The notes under the pieces: model-generated
Told to the model about the DNA's origin: nothing
What the model saw: only the letters and a program-made list of their open reading frames with translations
Database searches by the model: none
Position numbers and translations under genes: made by a program
Part shown: positions 40,601 through 54,849 of the stretch, one piece after another
Layout: each line of letters opens with the position of its first letter
Position numbering within the stretch: the first letter of the stretch is position 1
From: Octopus vulgaris
Lineage: Eukaryota
DNA length: 64,000 nt
Assembly: GCA_951406725.2 (NCBI GenBank)
Contig: OX597828.1
Span: 8,866,001 to 8,930,000 of the forward strand
Reading direction: 5' to 3'

Positions 40601-43556
40601 ACGTACATGTGTTTATTTCTTTACAGATATACTATAAGCAAAGACACCCTTCCTCTCTCTCTCTCTCTCACTCACTGACGCTTACTTACTTATCATTGGT
40701 GTGTAAAATGTATATGTATATATATATATACATATACATATATATATACATACATATATCGTATAAGAATCCACACACAATAAATACATCCGGCTAGAGG
40801 GATTGCGCAAGATCTCACTGAACAAGTATCTAGAAATATGCGGTGAAGGAATGTCTTTGCCTTTTATAAATGTTCAAGGTATGACACAAAATTCCGTAAA
40901 GCAATGTAGCTAGATTTCCTGAAAGAATTCTCGCCAACATTAAATGCTTGAAAGCGAAGCGAAGGAAGGGTATTCTTATATTTATTTATATTACACTCAG
41001 TTGCTCTTGTTTCTGAATGTGGCCACAATGTAAATTACGTAATACTGATTTCTGTAAATGATAATATATATGTGTATAACATTGGGATTTTTATAATTGT
41101 TGTTCCTATATAACTTACAAACGATGTATACCACTGTTTAGGAATGATATATAATGAAGCTACTTGGCAAAGTAATTCGTGAAAAATATCCCTTTTAATT
41201 TCTCTTATCTAAGCAATCAAGAAAAATAAAAATAAATCCTACAAAAGGATAAAAGATACTAAGAAATATATATTTAAACCGACTCTGCTTTATAATATAT
41301 AATTTATATCTTACGGAGTGGCTTGTAGTTAAATATACAATGAACGTACAAAACTCATTTATGAGGTTTGATTAAATGCACATAGAGAATAGATTATTTT
41401 TTCCTATTCTGACTTTATTTTCTTAATTCATTTATATTGTAAGAATATTTAAGATTTCTTCATGCAAAACATAGAATTACAGAGAATATGGGACTTAGCT
41501 ATACAGTATAAAGGAATATATATTTTTCATAGGACTTTGAACTTTGAACTCTTTTTAATTGTTCAGTGATGACCGCACCCTCGCCACTTTTCTTCTTTCT
41601 TCCATCTTACTTCCTAAACTTGACATCTTTGAAAGGTCAGCAGCTCCTGTGAGAAAATGGGTCTATTTACAAATATGTTCATAGGCATACAATGGAAAGA
41701 ATAAAGAGAGATCGGAAGAAGGGGAAAGAAAAATGTTTTGTCATGAAATTTCAGTGAACTTACTATTATTATGAAATTTCAGTGAAGTGAACATTTCAAA
41801 TTTAAAATAAACCTCTGTCTGTCTCTCTCTGTCTCTCTCTCTGTCGATCTATTTCCCCGCCGTTTGCTTTTCTTTCTCTCTCCCTCCCCCTTTTACCACA
41901 AAAAACAAAAACAATATTTTCTTTTCTAAACAAAATAAAACACATCTTAATCATATAAATAAACAACGAAACGTTCTGTTTTTACTATTTAGATTTTGAT
42001 TTTGTCTTGAAGAGTTCGAAAAACGAACGAAAGCGCTTTGAAATATTATCCAAAATTCTGATTGCCTCCTTTTTCTAACCATGCAATATCTGTACACCAC
42101 TTCAAATTCTTTGTACATGCATACATACATATATGCATACATACATATAAGTATACATATAAATACACACACACACACACACAATGTTTTCGTATTTTTC
42201 AGTTAGTCGCAACGATGTTATTTCCCCGGTCACAACTCCTAAATTTCTAATTCAATCTCAGAAGTTTTCGGTTATCTAACTTATCATCACATCATTATTA
42301 TTAAAATAAAAGAAATCATTATTATCATCTTTATTGTTGTTGCTGTTGCTCTTGATGATGTTGTTGTTGTTACTATAATTGTTATTACCTCTTTTATTAT
42401 TACTTCATATTCGTTTTCCAGCTACAACGTATATATCGCGAGATACGGATCCCAAATGAATTTCTATCTCATTTTATTCCTATTATTTTTACAATGATAA
42501 TATTGTCCTCAGGAGAACAGCGGACGGCAAAACCATGAGAGCGTCTCGCTATATAATATTTAGTCACGTTCCTTTTTAGTCTGACTTCATAAATCTCCTG
42601 TGTTGACTTTGCATTACATATTCCTTAGGATGATAGAAGAAGACAATCTGAATTATTGCGTGTGCGAGACCAACGGAAGAATTATTAGTCAAATACTTTA
42701 GTCAGAGCAATCGATAACCTTATTCTTCGTCTCACAAATTGTTTGCTTGTGCCACTGTTGGAAATTATCATTGTTATGAATGGAAAAAGAAAATATTTAT
42801 TTTAATGTCTGAAGATTAGTCTACACACCAAATTTATATCGTAGAGGATTTTCCAATTAACAAAAATTGCCTTAATAATCACAAATAATACATGGAAATG
42901 AAAACTGTCAATAATATATACAGCCAATCACGCGCAAACAAAAACCTACACACACCTACGAGAATAAACAGAATTTATGTAAATGGATCTCCAAATGCTA
43001 CGATGATGACTATCTCATTCTATCAACTGATTTGGCTGCCCATTGAAACAGCACGTAAGTTTTCGAATGTTTAACATATACATCTGGCAGAAAGAATAAG
43101 ACAGAGTGTATGTTAACGTTGGACGTCTGGATTACTGGTTCTTCAACCTGATTATCTTCCCTAGATTTTCCTGTCTATCCAATTCCAGTCAGGGTTTTGG
43201 ATTTGATTTGGGTTGACAATAATTTTGTCTTTGCGAAGGAAACTAGTTAACTATTTGGCTATGAGGTATAGATACAGACACATGCCTATGGGAATACAGA
43301 TATGTACACAAACACAAACACACACACATACACATACACGCGCACATATACACACGTATTTAGAGTGTGAGAGAGAGATTGATAGATGCATACATACAGA
43401 CATAAATGCATACATACATGCATACATACATACAAACAAAAATAACTTGTTGCCGCTGTTAAAATTCCAATGAAGAAGCAGTAGATCTAGTTTAGAAACC
43501 GAACCTCTCTCTATTGGCAAGATATCTTGAAATAAAATTTAATGACATACATACAA

Positions 43557-43643
<87 letters not shown>

Positions 43644-43705
43644 TATATACATATATGTATATATATATATATGTATATATATATAAAGAAATACTCTGTG
43701 TGTGT

Positions 43706-43741
<36 letters not shown>

Positions 43742-43745
<4 letters not shown>

Positions 43746-43819
43746 AAATACTCTGTGTGTGTGTATGTATATATATATATATATATATATATACATACAC
43801 ACACACAGAGTATTTCTTT
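43742..43819. repeat. Perfect 78-bp spacerless palindrome centred on (AT)n
   Basis: aaagaaatactctgtgtgtgtgtatgtat(at)10atacatacacacacacagagtatttcttt; an extra direct copy of the arm lies at ~43685. Confidence 0.92.
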
Positions 43820-43978
43820 CAGTTTCCATTACCAAATGCAAATCTCCTCGAATGGCTTTGGTCAGCTTGAGGCTATAGTAGAAGTTATAAATACACCCAA
43901 GCTTCCTTTTGACGCAATGTGGTTGAATCTGGAAACATGACTATGAAACAAACTTCTTATCCCACACCCACGCCTGCG
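43810..43978 (-). mobile_element. SINE family 2, 5' half
   Basis: tttcagtttcc...ggctttggtcagcttgaggctatagtagaag...cccacgcctgcg. Confidence 0.7.
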
Positions 43979-44487
43979 TGAGAGTGTGATAATTTTTATC
44001 TTTGCTTAATATTTACGAATTCCTGAAAAGTAATAGTCGATCATGTCTAGCAACAATTCATTTATTGTAGAAACTCATAAACCAAGGTATACAAATAAAA
44101 AGATAAATGTGACATTTTTAACAGATGGGCAAAAATTATAGTCACCAGAAATTCAAGAGATGTCTGCTTTTTGATTCCATTTTTCAGATTTATTTTGTAG
44201 TTAGAAAAAATGAACTATTGGAAGGGAAGATTAAGATAATCCTTGCAGAAACTAATGCTTCCAAGAAGTTCAACCCTGCCAAGTTCTTTTAATTCTAGCC
44301 TACATTTTAGAATTTACAATCTGCTTTCAGCCATATGTATTCATTTCCAACTGTTACGTGATAGTGGTAATTCATCGTTCTGTAGTAAAACAAACAAATC
44401 ATCTTCGAAATTTCGTGAACAGTCTGACTAGTGCTTTTGAGAATATATTTGTATGTATGCATGTATTTATATATATATATATATATA

Positions 44488-44672
44488 TCACCGTGACCGA
44501 CAAGGCTATCAGATGTTGCTACACATCGCTGGTCACAATGCGCTTCTGCCGGAGCCTCATGAAGCTTTAGGTGTTTTCGCTCAATAAACACTCACAGCGC
44601 CCTGTCTGGGAATCGAAACCGCGATGCTACGACCGCGAGTCCGCTGCCCTAAACACTGGACCTTTGCGCCTC

Positions 44673-44673
<1 letters not shown>
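44488..44673 (-). mobile_element. SINE family 3 (RTE-tail variant), internally deleted, next to (TA)n
   Basis: Head as in 31876-32170, joined directly to the RTE-like tail. Confidence 0.85.
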
Positions 44674-44715
<42 letters not shown>

Positions 44716-45937
44716 TGTGTATAAAGGGAATATGAAGGTGCATGCCATTTGACGTAAGCGGCAGTATGTCGTAATTACCCCTCAGTGTATGATTTAGTAC
44801 CTCAAGAGCTATCTGCAAATGCGCGTGTACGCACAAGTGAAACACATTCACACACACGAAATAAAAATACCCGTAGCAGATATCAGTCAAAGTATCAAAG
44901 TGTTAGTCATAGAATAGGAGTGTAGGGAATGAGAAATGATATCAGAAGGCACTGCAATATTAGTTGAAATGTATAGAATTATATATTATAACGGTAGCTG
45001 TGGAGAGATAATACCGTGTATGTTTTACCCCATTTTTAGCTTTATCAGCCTACCAAAAAGTACATATTAAATGCATGGAAGGCGGTATATAATTTAGACA
45101 TAAATTACTTATTTTTATAATAAAAATCTCATAAAAGTTTTGATTCCAACTTGAAACATGCATTTTACTGATAATGTCTCTGAGATTTACGAAAACAATT
45201 TCTTTTGGGAATATATGTAGTGTTGTGTGTCATGAAAGAAGTGTGATTATTTGATAGCAAAACTGTAAATGAGGAATATATGGGAAATTCTAAGTTTGTA
45301 AACTTCAATAGTGAGGTTTCACCTCTTGTCAGATTTATAACTCTTGTTCAAACTGTTCATTTTTAATCTCAGTCTCGATCCAACAGACATATGTAAAATG
45401 CACTACCTCTATAAATATTGTTTCGTTGCAGATGCAGTTTGAACTAGAATATATAACGTAACACTTTTTAGATTTGAAAAACAGTAGAATATTTGACTTT
45501 AAAGCAACACAGCCAAAGCTGAATTACTGGTTCGAGTGGACGTCGTTGTTGCCGATTCCAGCAGAAAACAAGCATAATTAACCGTATCATCATAATTCTA
45601 TATTACAATAAAAACAAAACATTAGATATATTTTCGGAGAAGAACGGCAAGTTCTAGAAGGATTATAACACAAAGAATTATAAAAGAATGAACGTTATCA
45701 ATGATGCTTTAGGAAATACAAATTATGAACAACGCAGTGATTCTCAATATGGTGTTATCATCTTTATCTAAACAACCATAATACGTTAAAAGAAAAACTG
45801 TTTTCATAATATAACTGTTCACTAACCCGTACAATGGATATGAATGTGCGTGTTTGTGTGTGTGTGTTTCTGTATATCCCTTCGACTGTCTGGAAGGTTG
45901 TGCGTGTATGTATGCGTATATATATATATATATATGC

Positions 45938-46016
<79 letters not shown>

Positions 46017-46065
46017 AATATATGTATATACACACATTTATAGATTTGTATTTATATATACACAC

Positions 46066-46107
<42 letters not shown>

Positions 46108-46725
46108 GAGTATGTGTACGTGCGATTTTATTGATATATCACGTTTTCTCTTCCCTATTTCCAATGGAAATAATTAAATTCAAAGAGAGATAAAGAGTTA
46201 CACTTGAACAATATATAAATATATAGCCAAATAAACCCTTGCATATAAACCGACACACATATGTATATGAGTCACACATATACATATATGCGTGCTGTAT
46301 GAATATGTGTCTCTGAATGTGTGTTTGAAAGCGTTGGTTCGTGCTTGCATGCATGTGCATTTGAAAACAAATAGTATTTATTACAGAGAGGTAGGGCAGA
46401 AAGATAGTTGAAAGCATCTGCTAAGTTGGAGACAATATTGAACTGGTGACGTGTGAAATGTTGTAATGTACATGAAATAGGATAAAATGTATAAATATGA
46501 CGTAGGAGAGTGGAAAATACTTGATATGTACGTGATAATGTACAGTTTCACGTTAGAACATCAGAAATATTGATGAGTGAAATGGTGAAGCTAATGCAGC
46601 AGACTTCGATTTAATAAGAACGCTGATTATCAATTTCATCAACAAACAAAAAGGTTTTCGATGGACACTCAAAGTAACACACGTTTGGTTATTCTCTCAT
46701 ATATATACATACATACACACATACA

Positions 46726-46810
<85 letters not shown>

Positions 46811-46941
46811 TTGACTGCATTTGTATTGTGGATCTGTGATTATGTGAATCAGATTACCATATGAGTTTGTCTATCGCTGTAAGTGATTTTGTGGTGGGAC
46901 GTGTCAGTTTGTTTGCATATGTATATATGTGTTTACATTAG

Positions 46942-47000
<59 letters not shown>

Positions 47001-48009
47001 ATGTGTGTGTTTGTGTACTTTAAATTTATGTGGATGTGTCTTCTGTGTAGATGTTCGTGTGACTGCGAAATGTGCGTTCATGTGCATGCGTGTGTAGGTA
47101 TTAAAGTATTAACGTTTGTATTTCTCTATTGTGGGGGAAATAACAATTTCCAGAATATTTATTGTGTTTAGTGAATCGTAAAGGTTAGTTATCAGTAGCG
47201 TGGCATTTGTCTGAATTCATCATAGAAGGAATTTTCAAGATATTTTCGGCTAGGATCTGTAACGTTTTCTTTTGTCTTCTACGTGTTATATGGAACTATT
47301 CGGAGATAAAACTAAAAGAAAAAAAGGAAGCAGATTATTATATCATTATTTTCTGCTATTATTGCAGAATGGTTCCGTTAATTTACCAACTAAACTAAAT
47401 TATCAAATAGAGGAGAATCAAATATTTATGTGCGTACGAGAGGTTGAGCGTGTACTTGTATGTATGAATGTGTGTGTAAGCATATGAATGGGTGTGAGCA
47501 TGATGTGTAAAGGATATTACAGGAACATCTTCGCTTTTCATTCATCTCTTTCTTTCTTAGTAAAGACGCATACTATAATAGATAAACATATATGTATATA
47601 AAACATTATAGGCATGAATTAACGTCAGAAAAAGCCTTTCTATTGTATTGAAAACTGTATCGACAGTATCGCGAGAACTGCGTTACAGGTTACACCACGC
47701 TCCGCCTATATTCATCATAACTATGTTGAATAGAATCTGTGGTGTTAGGTCCCAGTTAATAGACTACCCCAGGAAACGATGCTGAACTATCAGGGATCAT
47801 GCATGTAACTGATATATCTACAATAAAATTTATCAGCGAGAATATGAATACGTATAAAATAAAGGTTAGCAGTTTTGATATTTGACGGGGTTTCGAAGCT
47901 TTCAAGTGGTAGAATAAAAGAATCAGTGAAAGGTTTTTAACAAAGATTTGGAGAGGGATGTGACAGTGGCTCCAAGATTTAACCAGTACGCATGAAAACT
48001 TAGAAAGGA

Positions 48010-49099
48010 AAATGATGGAATTCTACGAGATGTGGACTCGTTCAAAGTTTGAATTGTTTCCAAATGAATTTTTGTCCATTCTTCAGCTAAAAGAATCTTC
48101 AGTTCTTGTTGTGATAATGGTGGAGGATATCGACTACTTACTTGTTTTTCTAAATTGCATCATAAATGTTCTATATTACTGAGATCTGGGGACTGTGGTG
48201 GCCAGATAAGATGTTCATCTTCAATAGAATATTATCCGTGCCATTCAGTAACAGATTTAGCTCTGTGAATTAGTGCATGTTCATCATGGACGATTGCGTT
48301 TCCCTCCGGAAGCAGAATTTGATCAGATAAAATGCTTAAATACAATAGTCTTGACTATAAATTCTGCTATGGAAGAAAACATTTGGGCCGGCGTATTTCC
48401 AAGATATAGCCCCCTCCCCCCACAGATCATCACACATGTTTAATAGTTGGAAGAACGCAGTCTGCGTCAAATGCTTCTTTTGGCTGTCTCCACACGTATA
48501 CTCGGCCGATGGTCGGAAATAAGGTAAAGGATGACTCGTTCCAGAAAATAGCATTGTTCCACTGCTCTAGGGACCAGTTGTGTAAGCTTTTACTCCCGTC
48601 TAAACGCTTTGCAACGTTTAATTTTGAAAGTAATGGTTTTCTAATGCAGCCCACCCGTGAACTGTTTTTGTTGAATCTGGTTTCTCGAGGTTCTCATTAA
48701 GCTCTGCAGTAATTTTGGGAGCTGTACTTTTGTGCTTCATCCTAATAGTTCGCGTAAGAGTCCAACGGACCCGACGAGGAGGTTTTTCTCTCTTTCACTA
48801 AGCCTGTCGTTACTTCATACGACAAACATTTCATCTGTTTTCGTTACGCTAGCGCCTGCCGTACGAGCACCAACAATTTGACTGCTTTGAAAGTCCGATA
48901 GATCTGTCATTTTAATGAATTTTGATTACCATTTTCTGATGATATCTGAAAAGAAACAGCAATTTTCGCAAAACACATTAAGCAACACTAATAATAAATC
49001 AAAAAACATAAAAATAAAGAAGCTTTTCACGGTTTTATAGATAATACAAAATTATGATGCCATGATGACAGGTGTTTCTATTATTTTGTCCAACCCCTG
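48010..49099 (-). mobile_element. Tc1-like DNA transposon relic
   Basis: KPLLSK...W...IFWNESSF...VYVWRQPKE...PTIKH and WPPQSPDLSNIEHL. TIR-like caggggttggacaaaataatagaaacacct at 49070-49099; the other TIR is not seen. Confidence 0.88.
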
Positions 49100-49998
49100 T
49101 CTGTGTGTATATGTATCTCTCAATTCATAATTATATATCATTACTTACTGAGAATCATATAGGCATACACATTCACATATAGTGCATTGAAATCTGTAAA
49201 TCATAACCATATCTTAAAAAGGACTTTTATCTAATGTTTTCTTGGATTTCGCCTCTGTGTAGAAACGATTAGCAATGAGGTACGAAAGAGGCAGAGAGAT
49301 GTCCATAGAAAGTTAGCTGACTGAGGATGCGAAAGAGTGAGAGGGGAATAAAGGTTGAAACGAAATATTAAGCAAGCAGACGTGGAGATAAGTGAGACAG
49401 TGTAGAAAGAGTGAGGGAAGAAGATTAAACTGTTTGCAAGAGAGAATGCGGATTAATAGCGATCCACAATGGATAAAGAGGATTAGAAATGTAGTGTGAT
49501 CAAACGTATGAATAATAAAGAGCGAAAAAATAAAGAAAAGTGGGAGCAGATTTCTAAAAAGTGAAGAAATGACTGCTGTATATAAGTATGTGTGTTTACG
49601 TGTATAACTATATATGTATTATTCTTATTCATATTCAAGTATTCATCCGGCAAGTATTTTACTGATCTCTTTCTACAACTTTTTCATCTTTCCTACTTAT
49701 ATTACTATCAGTTTGATAGTAATATGTTCGTAAATGTCGATTATCAGCAGGATTAAAATTTTGATGAACAACATATTTGTTTATAGGGCTGCTTCCTTGC
49801 ACCTTGCGATTCTTATTTGCTTTTCAGGCTATGTTCTATAACTAATGCAAACATATATGACTACAGAGATGAATGCACACACACACACACACACACATAC
49901 ACACACACACACACACACACGCACGCACACACACACAAACATATATATGTATGTATGTATGTGTGTGTGTATATGTGTATATGTATGTATATGTATAT

Positions 49999-50392
49999 GG
50001 CGCAGGAGTGGCTGTGTGGTAAGTAGATTGCTTACCAACCACATGGTTCCGGGTTCAGTTCCACTGCATGGCACCTTGAGCATGTGTCTTCTACTATAGC
50101 TTCGGGCCGATCAAATCCTTGTGAGTGGATTTGGTAGAGGGAAACTGAAAGAAGCCCGTCGTATATATGTATATATACGTGTGTGTGTTTGTGTGCCTGT
50201 GCTTGTCCCCACAACATCGCTTGACAACCGATGCTGCTGTGTTTACGTCCCCTTAACTTAGCGGTTCGGCAAAAGAGACCGATAGAAAAAAGTACTAGCC
50301 TTACAAACAATAAGTCCTGGTGTCGATTTGCTCGACTAATGGCGCTGCTCCAGCATGGCCGCAGTCAAGTGAAAGAGTAAAAAGTAAAAGAG
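49999..50392 (+). mobile_element. Full-length tRNA-derived SINE family 2
   Basis: A-box tggctgtgtggtaag, B-box gggttcagttcc, internal TA/TG tract and gagtaaaa tail. Confidence 0.9.
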
Positions 50393-50682
50393 CATATACG
50401 CACACACATATATATACACGTATATTTACACATTCATATATATATACATATACATATACCTATATATACATATACATACACATACACTGAGACGCCCACT
50501 ATATATATGGTTGTGTGTGTGTGTAGTGTGTGTGTGTGCGTGTGTGTTCACTAAACCATTAGAACGGTGAAGCTTGTATTTCTAGTAATGTTGGTGTTTC
50601 CTAACAACTTAGTCATACTTACTGGCATTTGTAATCAACTTTTCTTTTAGTGAAACTTTGCAGATTGCTCTTTATTTTCATC

Positions 50683-50735
<53 letters not shown>

Positions 50736-50827
50736 CGCGCCAGTGTGTGTGTGTCTGCCATGATAGATCGGTAGCCACTACACGCATTTTTTCTCCTTGT
50801 TTCTCTCCTTTTTTTTTTTCTGTGTCC

Positions 50828-50863
50828 CTTTCTGTAGAAGAGCGTAGGCTCGAAACGTAAAAG
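50828..50863 (+). ncRNA. Minimal hammerhead-like motif, variant core
   Basis: CUUU-CUGUAGA-A GAGC GUAG GCUC-GAAACGUA/AAAG. Confidence 0.6.
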
Positions 50864-51006
50864 ACTTTTCCAACTTCCTGAGCGTTATACTAATACATGT
50901 GTTTTTCTCATACACCACCTGTCTTTGTCTTTTATTTTTTTCATGAACTCCCCCCATCCCCGCGTGTTTATCGTTGGCGATTTTTTTCCTCCGTCTTCCT
51001 TTCCTT

Positions 51007-51041
51007 ATTTCTGACGAAGAGCTCTGCTCGAAAAGTTAAAT
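51007..51041 (+). ncRNA. Minimal hammerhead motif
   Basis: AUUU-CUGACGA-A GAGC UCU GCUC-GAAAAGUU/AAAU. Confidence 0.62.
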
Positions 51042-52198
51042 CCTTCTTGTTTCTTTCCTTTCCTGAGCATCCAGTAACTCTATACTTGTTCAACCTCCTC
51101 ATGTTGATGTGTTTTCTCTTTGTGTTTTCATCTTTGGATTAACTATATATTGCTATTATTGAGAAGTTAATTTTGTATACGAAATTAAGTTTTCCAATAT
51201 CTAATAGCATGTTACCTGCTTCATTAATCGTGTGATAAATGATATTTCTGTTAGGATTTTTCCTTAAGTAGAACAACGTTAAAAACCGATTTAACAAAGT
51301 CTGGTGTACCTTTTCGTTTTCTGTCTTTGTTTTTGGTTTTCTGTTTTTTGTTTTGTTTGTTTGTTTTACATTGAAATAAATACTGTAAATGAATGGCCGG
51401 TAGAACTACTACTCTTGCTTAACCCACACCATTTGTTTTTAGTCAGGAATATTGTATATAGGAATATATTGCTGTATGTACCACTACTTTTCTTAATCGG
51501 AAAAATACTTTTTTCCGTTGCAGTGGAGCGGCTAAATATTATTATTTTCTTTGGATTAGTATTATAAAATATGCAAGTACAAAGTCATTCTTCTGAAAAT
51601 GATATCAAATCGACACATGCTTCTGATAGATTTATTTAAATGACGATATATGTATATTTTTCATGATGTTTAATTTCTACGTTTTGTATAAAATTTTTGT
51701 GGGTCATCGATGATGAATTATATAACTGTTCTAAGTGATAAAAACAGTTGCAAATCTACATGAATACATGGTTTAAACTAAAAGGGACCCACTGATGAGT
51801 GGTCACCTAGATATGCACTTCTTCGCTCTTTCTGTCATGGGTACTAGAACTCTCAAGGCCATGCTTGGCCCATATTCTTTGGTGTAAAATTGACTAAAAT
51901 TACAACTGTCCTACCTGAACGAGGAGGAGGATCTTTCACAGGGTTAAAAGGTTAACTTCAATTTTGAAACTTGTCAATACGACTTATGGTTTTGTAATGT
52001 TATTTTTCTTTCTGAATTTTATACATTCGTGTTTGTCTGCATATTTTATGCTTACGGTGTTCAATGGACATACAGGCGCGCACACATATACACACATACA
52101 CACATGCACATGCACACACGCATATATTTGCTTGTTTTTCAGTTTCTTTTTTCTTTTCCTTTTTCCATATGTATGCATTTCTCTCTCTTTCTCTCTGT

Positions 52199-52233
<35 letters not shown>

Positions 52234-53202
52234 AAGAGAAAGAGAGACAGAGACAGAGAGAACTTGTGAATGTAATAAATGAAACCCTGCAGCTTACACT
52301 CCAGTATACACTATCCAAAGTCCCAAGCAAAAGAGACATTTTAATGCCGTCTCATAAATTTACACACACACACACACACAGATGTACAAGCACACACACT
52401 AATACACACATACATAGCCTCATAACATACTTCTATGTATATTTGTGTCTGGGAGTTTTTTCATTATTCAGTTTCTTTGCTTCTGTTTTGGCAGTTTTGG
52501 CATAAAAAATAATTATAAACAACTAAAGTCCTTCTCGTATCAACAAGTCTTTATAATTTTTTTTATAATTCATTACCTCAAAGAAATATTCAACCGCTAT
52601 ATTTACCCATCAAAAAGTCACATGAAGTCTTTGATAAAAACGTATCATATATCAATAGCTAACTCTGATATATGAATTCAGTTTTGACATTCAGCCATTT
52701 TTTTGTGTATGTGCTGTTAGATATTAATGTGATACATAATCCTATGCAAAAATCCGTGTTGCTCTTTCTTCATTTCATACCTACTGATCAAATGAAATAT
52801 TTGATAAACAGACCATAAGGCTTTGACAGATTTTACTTTATATTCAGCGCGTGTATACGTCGAAACATTACCATATATTTTGCCTATATATGTATGAGTG
52901 TATGTGAGTGTGTGTGTATAAATATGTGTGGGTGTGTGTGTGTTCGCGCGCATGCGTGTATACATTTACGAAGATACGTTGATCACGACACACGGATATA
53001 CATGATCAAATATATTTTAGCACACTATGTGACAATTTTTCACAATATTAACGAACGAAAGAGTAGCGTTATGACACGTGAATATTGGTGCAAAGCTATA
53101 TGACTGAGTTTCATTTCACAGACACACTATATGTACATGCAGAAAATGTCTATAGATAATACATCTATCCATGTTAAATTATAGAAACATACTTGGTTAA
53201 TA

Positions 53203-53300
<98 letters not shown>

Positions 53301-53410
53301 TATAACACTCACCGGTAAAATTTCTACTTTTTTCTTATTTTTATCGTCCTAAAATTTTCGGTGCGACTTGCAAACATTTTAATAGCTTTGACACACGAAA
53401 TATATATATA

Positions 53411-53494
<84 letters not shown>

Positions 53495-53497
<3 letters not shown>

Positions 53498-53700
53498 CTT
53501 TATTCTTCTCTTTGTTTCAGTCATTTGACTGCAGCCATGCTGGAGCACTGCCTTTAATCGAGCAATTCGACCGCAGGAGCTATTCTTTGTAAGCCTAGTA
53601 CTTATTCGTTCGTTGAGTTTGTCCGAACCACCCCAGCATCGGTTGTCAAGTGATGTTGGGGGGACAAACACAGACACAAAAATACACACAGACAAACACA
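53495..53700 (-). mobile_element. SINE family 2, 3' half
   Basis: gtttcagtcatttgactgcagccatgctggagcac...ggttgtcaagtgatgttgggggg. Confidence 0.85.
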
Positions 53701-54111
53701 CCCATTCATTTAATAGACCTACACATGCATATATTTATGTACACAAAACCACATGATTATACGCATACTTTGTTTCTGAATAGATGTTGTGTAATTGAAA
53801 ATCGTTTCATGTACTTATAGGAATTTTCTCGAGGATGCAACTTCTAACTCTTGTGAAATGTTCTATTCGGATGTTGAAGCATTTCCCTCAGTCATATATA
53901 TTATTCACCAAATTCCATGATGAAACTTATTTCACAATCGTACTTGGTGAAGTGGCCATCTGTTGTTTCGAGTTTACGTGCTTATATGTTTAAAATCTAT
54001 CTCTTTTTGACGGGCGTTTGCTCAGATCTAATTCAAGAATGCATGATTAAAATGGTGCTAACACAGCTCTAGTGACTTTTGAACGTCAACATCATAATTG
54101 TGCTCTTCTTT

Positions 54112-54144
<33 letters not shown>

Positions 54145-54309
54145 CTGTGTGTGAGTCTGTGTGTGCGCATGTGTGTGTGTGAATGTGTGTGTGTATGTGT
54201 GTGTGTGTATGTGTGTGTAGTTACTGTTTATACATCGTTCAGAGATTTATTATTGCTTGTTTACACTCTTTCGAGATCAGTGCCGAAAAGTCACTGGAAA
54301 AAGGATATA

Positions 54310-54551
54310 TGTATTTGCATTGGGACCCATCGCATCGGAGACTGCCGTGCGCTGATGACGGGTAATTACTCAGAAACCCGGGTCCATGCGTATCATATCA
54401 GGTCGATGATGGGAAGGATGGATTCCCTTTGCAAATACCGATAGGGTACAGAAAGTGTGTCCAATAACCAGCTGGAGAAGACGCTCTCCTGGGAGTACAA
54501 GAACAGTAACATCCACCCTTAGTGTTTAGCCACATTTAGATGGCAAATATA

Positions 54552-54553
<2 letters not shown>
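54310..54553 (+). mobile_element. Short hammerhead-bearing repeat, family C
   Basis: Contains a hammerhead core. Its 3' end is homologous to the arm and spacer of the 34845 palindrome. Confidence 0.65.
54347..54389 (+). ncRNA. Minimal type I hammerhead ribozyme
   Basis: GUGCG-CUGAUGA-C GGGU AAUU ACUC A-GAAA-CCCGGG-UC/CAUGC: intact core, GUC site, palindromic stem III, imperfect stem I. Confidence 0.68.
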
Positions 54554-54599
<46 letters not shown>

Positions 54600-54849
54600 G
54601 AGTGTATGTGCCTGTGTTTGCACGTGGCGCGTGTATATGTATGTATACGCAGATATATACAAGAGCATTGTATTTTGTGTGAAGCATTGTAGTACAGATG
54701 ATAAAAGAAAGAGATAAAAAGAAATCTTCTAACAATTCAGAATGTTTCAAAATAAAATAAACATTTATGTTTCGCGCGTAAATGCCTATTTCAGAAGTAT
54801 GCAGTCAAAGAAATATGAATTTATTGAGATTTCGTTAGTTTAAAATGCT

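Larger units (their letters stand above)
50770..51150 (+). mobile_element. Tandem family A + family B hammerhead-bearing repeats
   Basis: A at ~50770-50950 matches 27980-28140; B at ~50965-51150 matches 35057-35250. Confidence 0.72.

Noticed and set aside
51790-51980. CTGATGAG motif with a distant GAAACTTGTC
   Set aside because: Could not build consistent stems I and II, so not called a hammerhead
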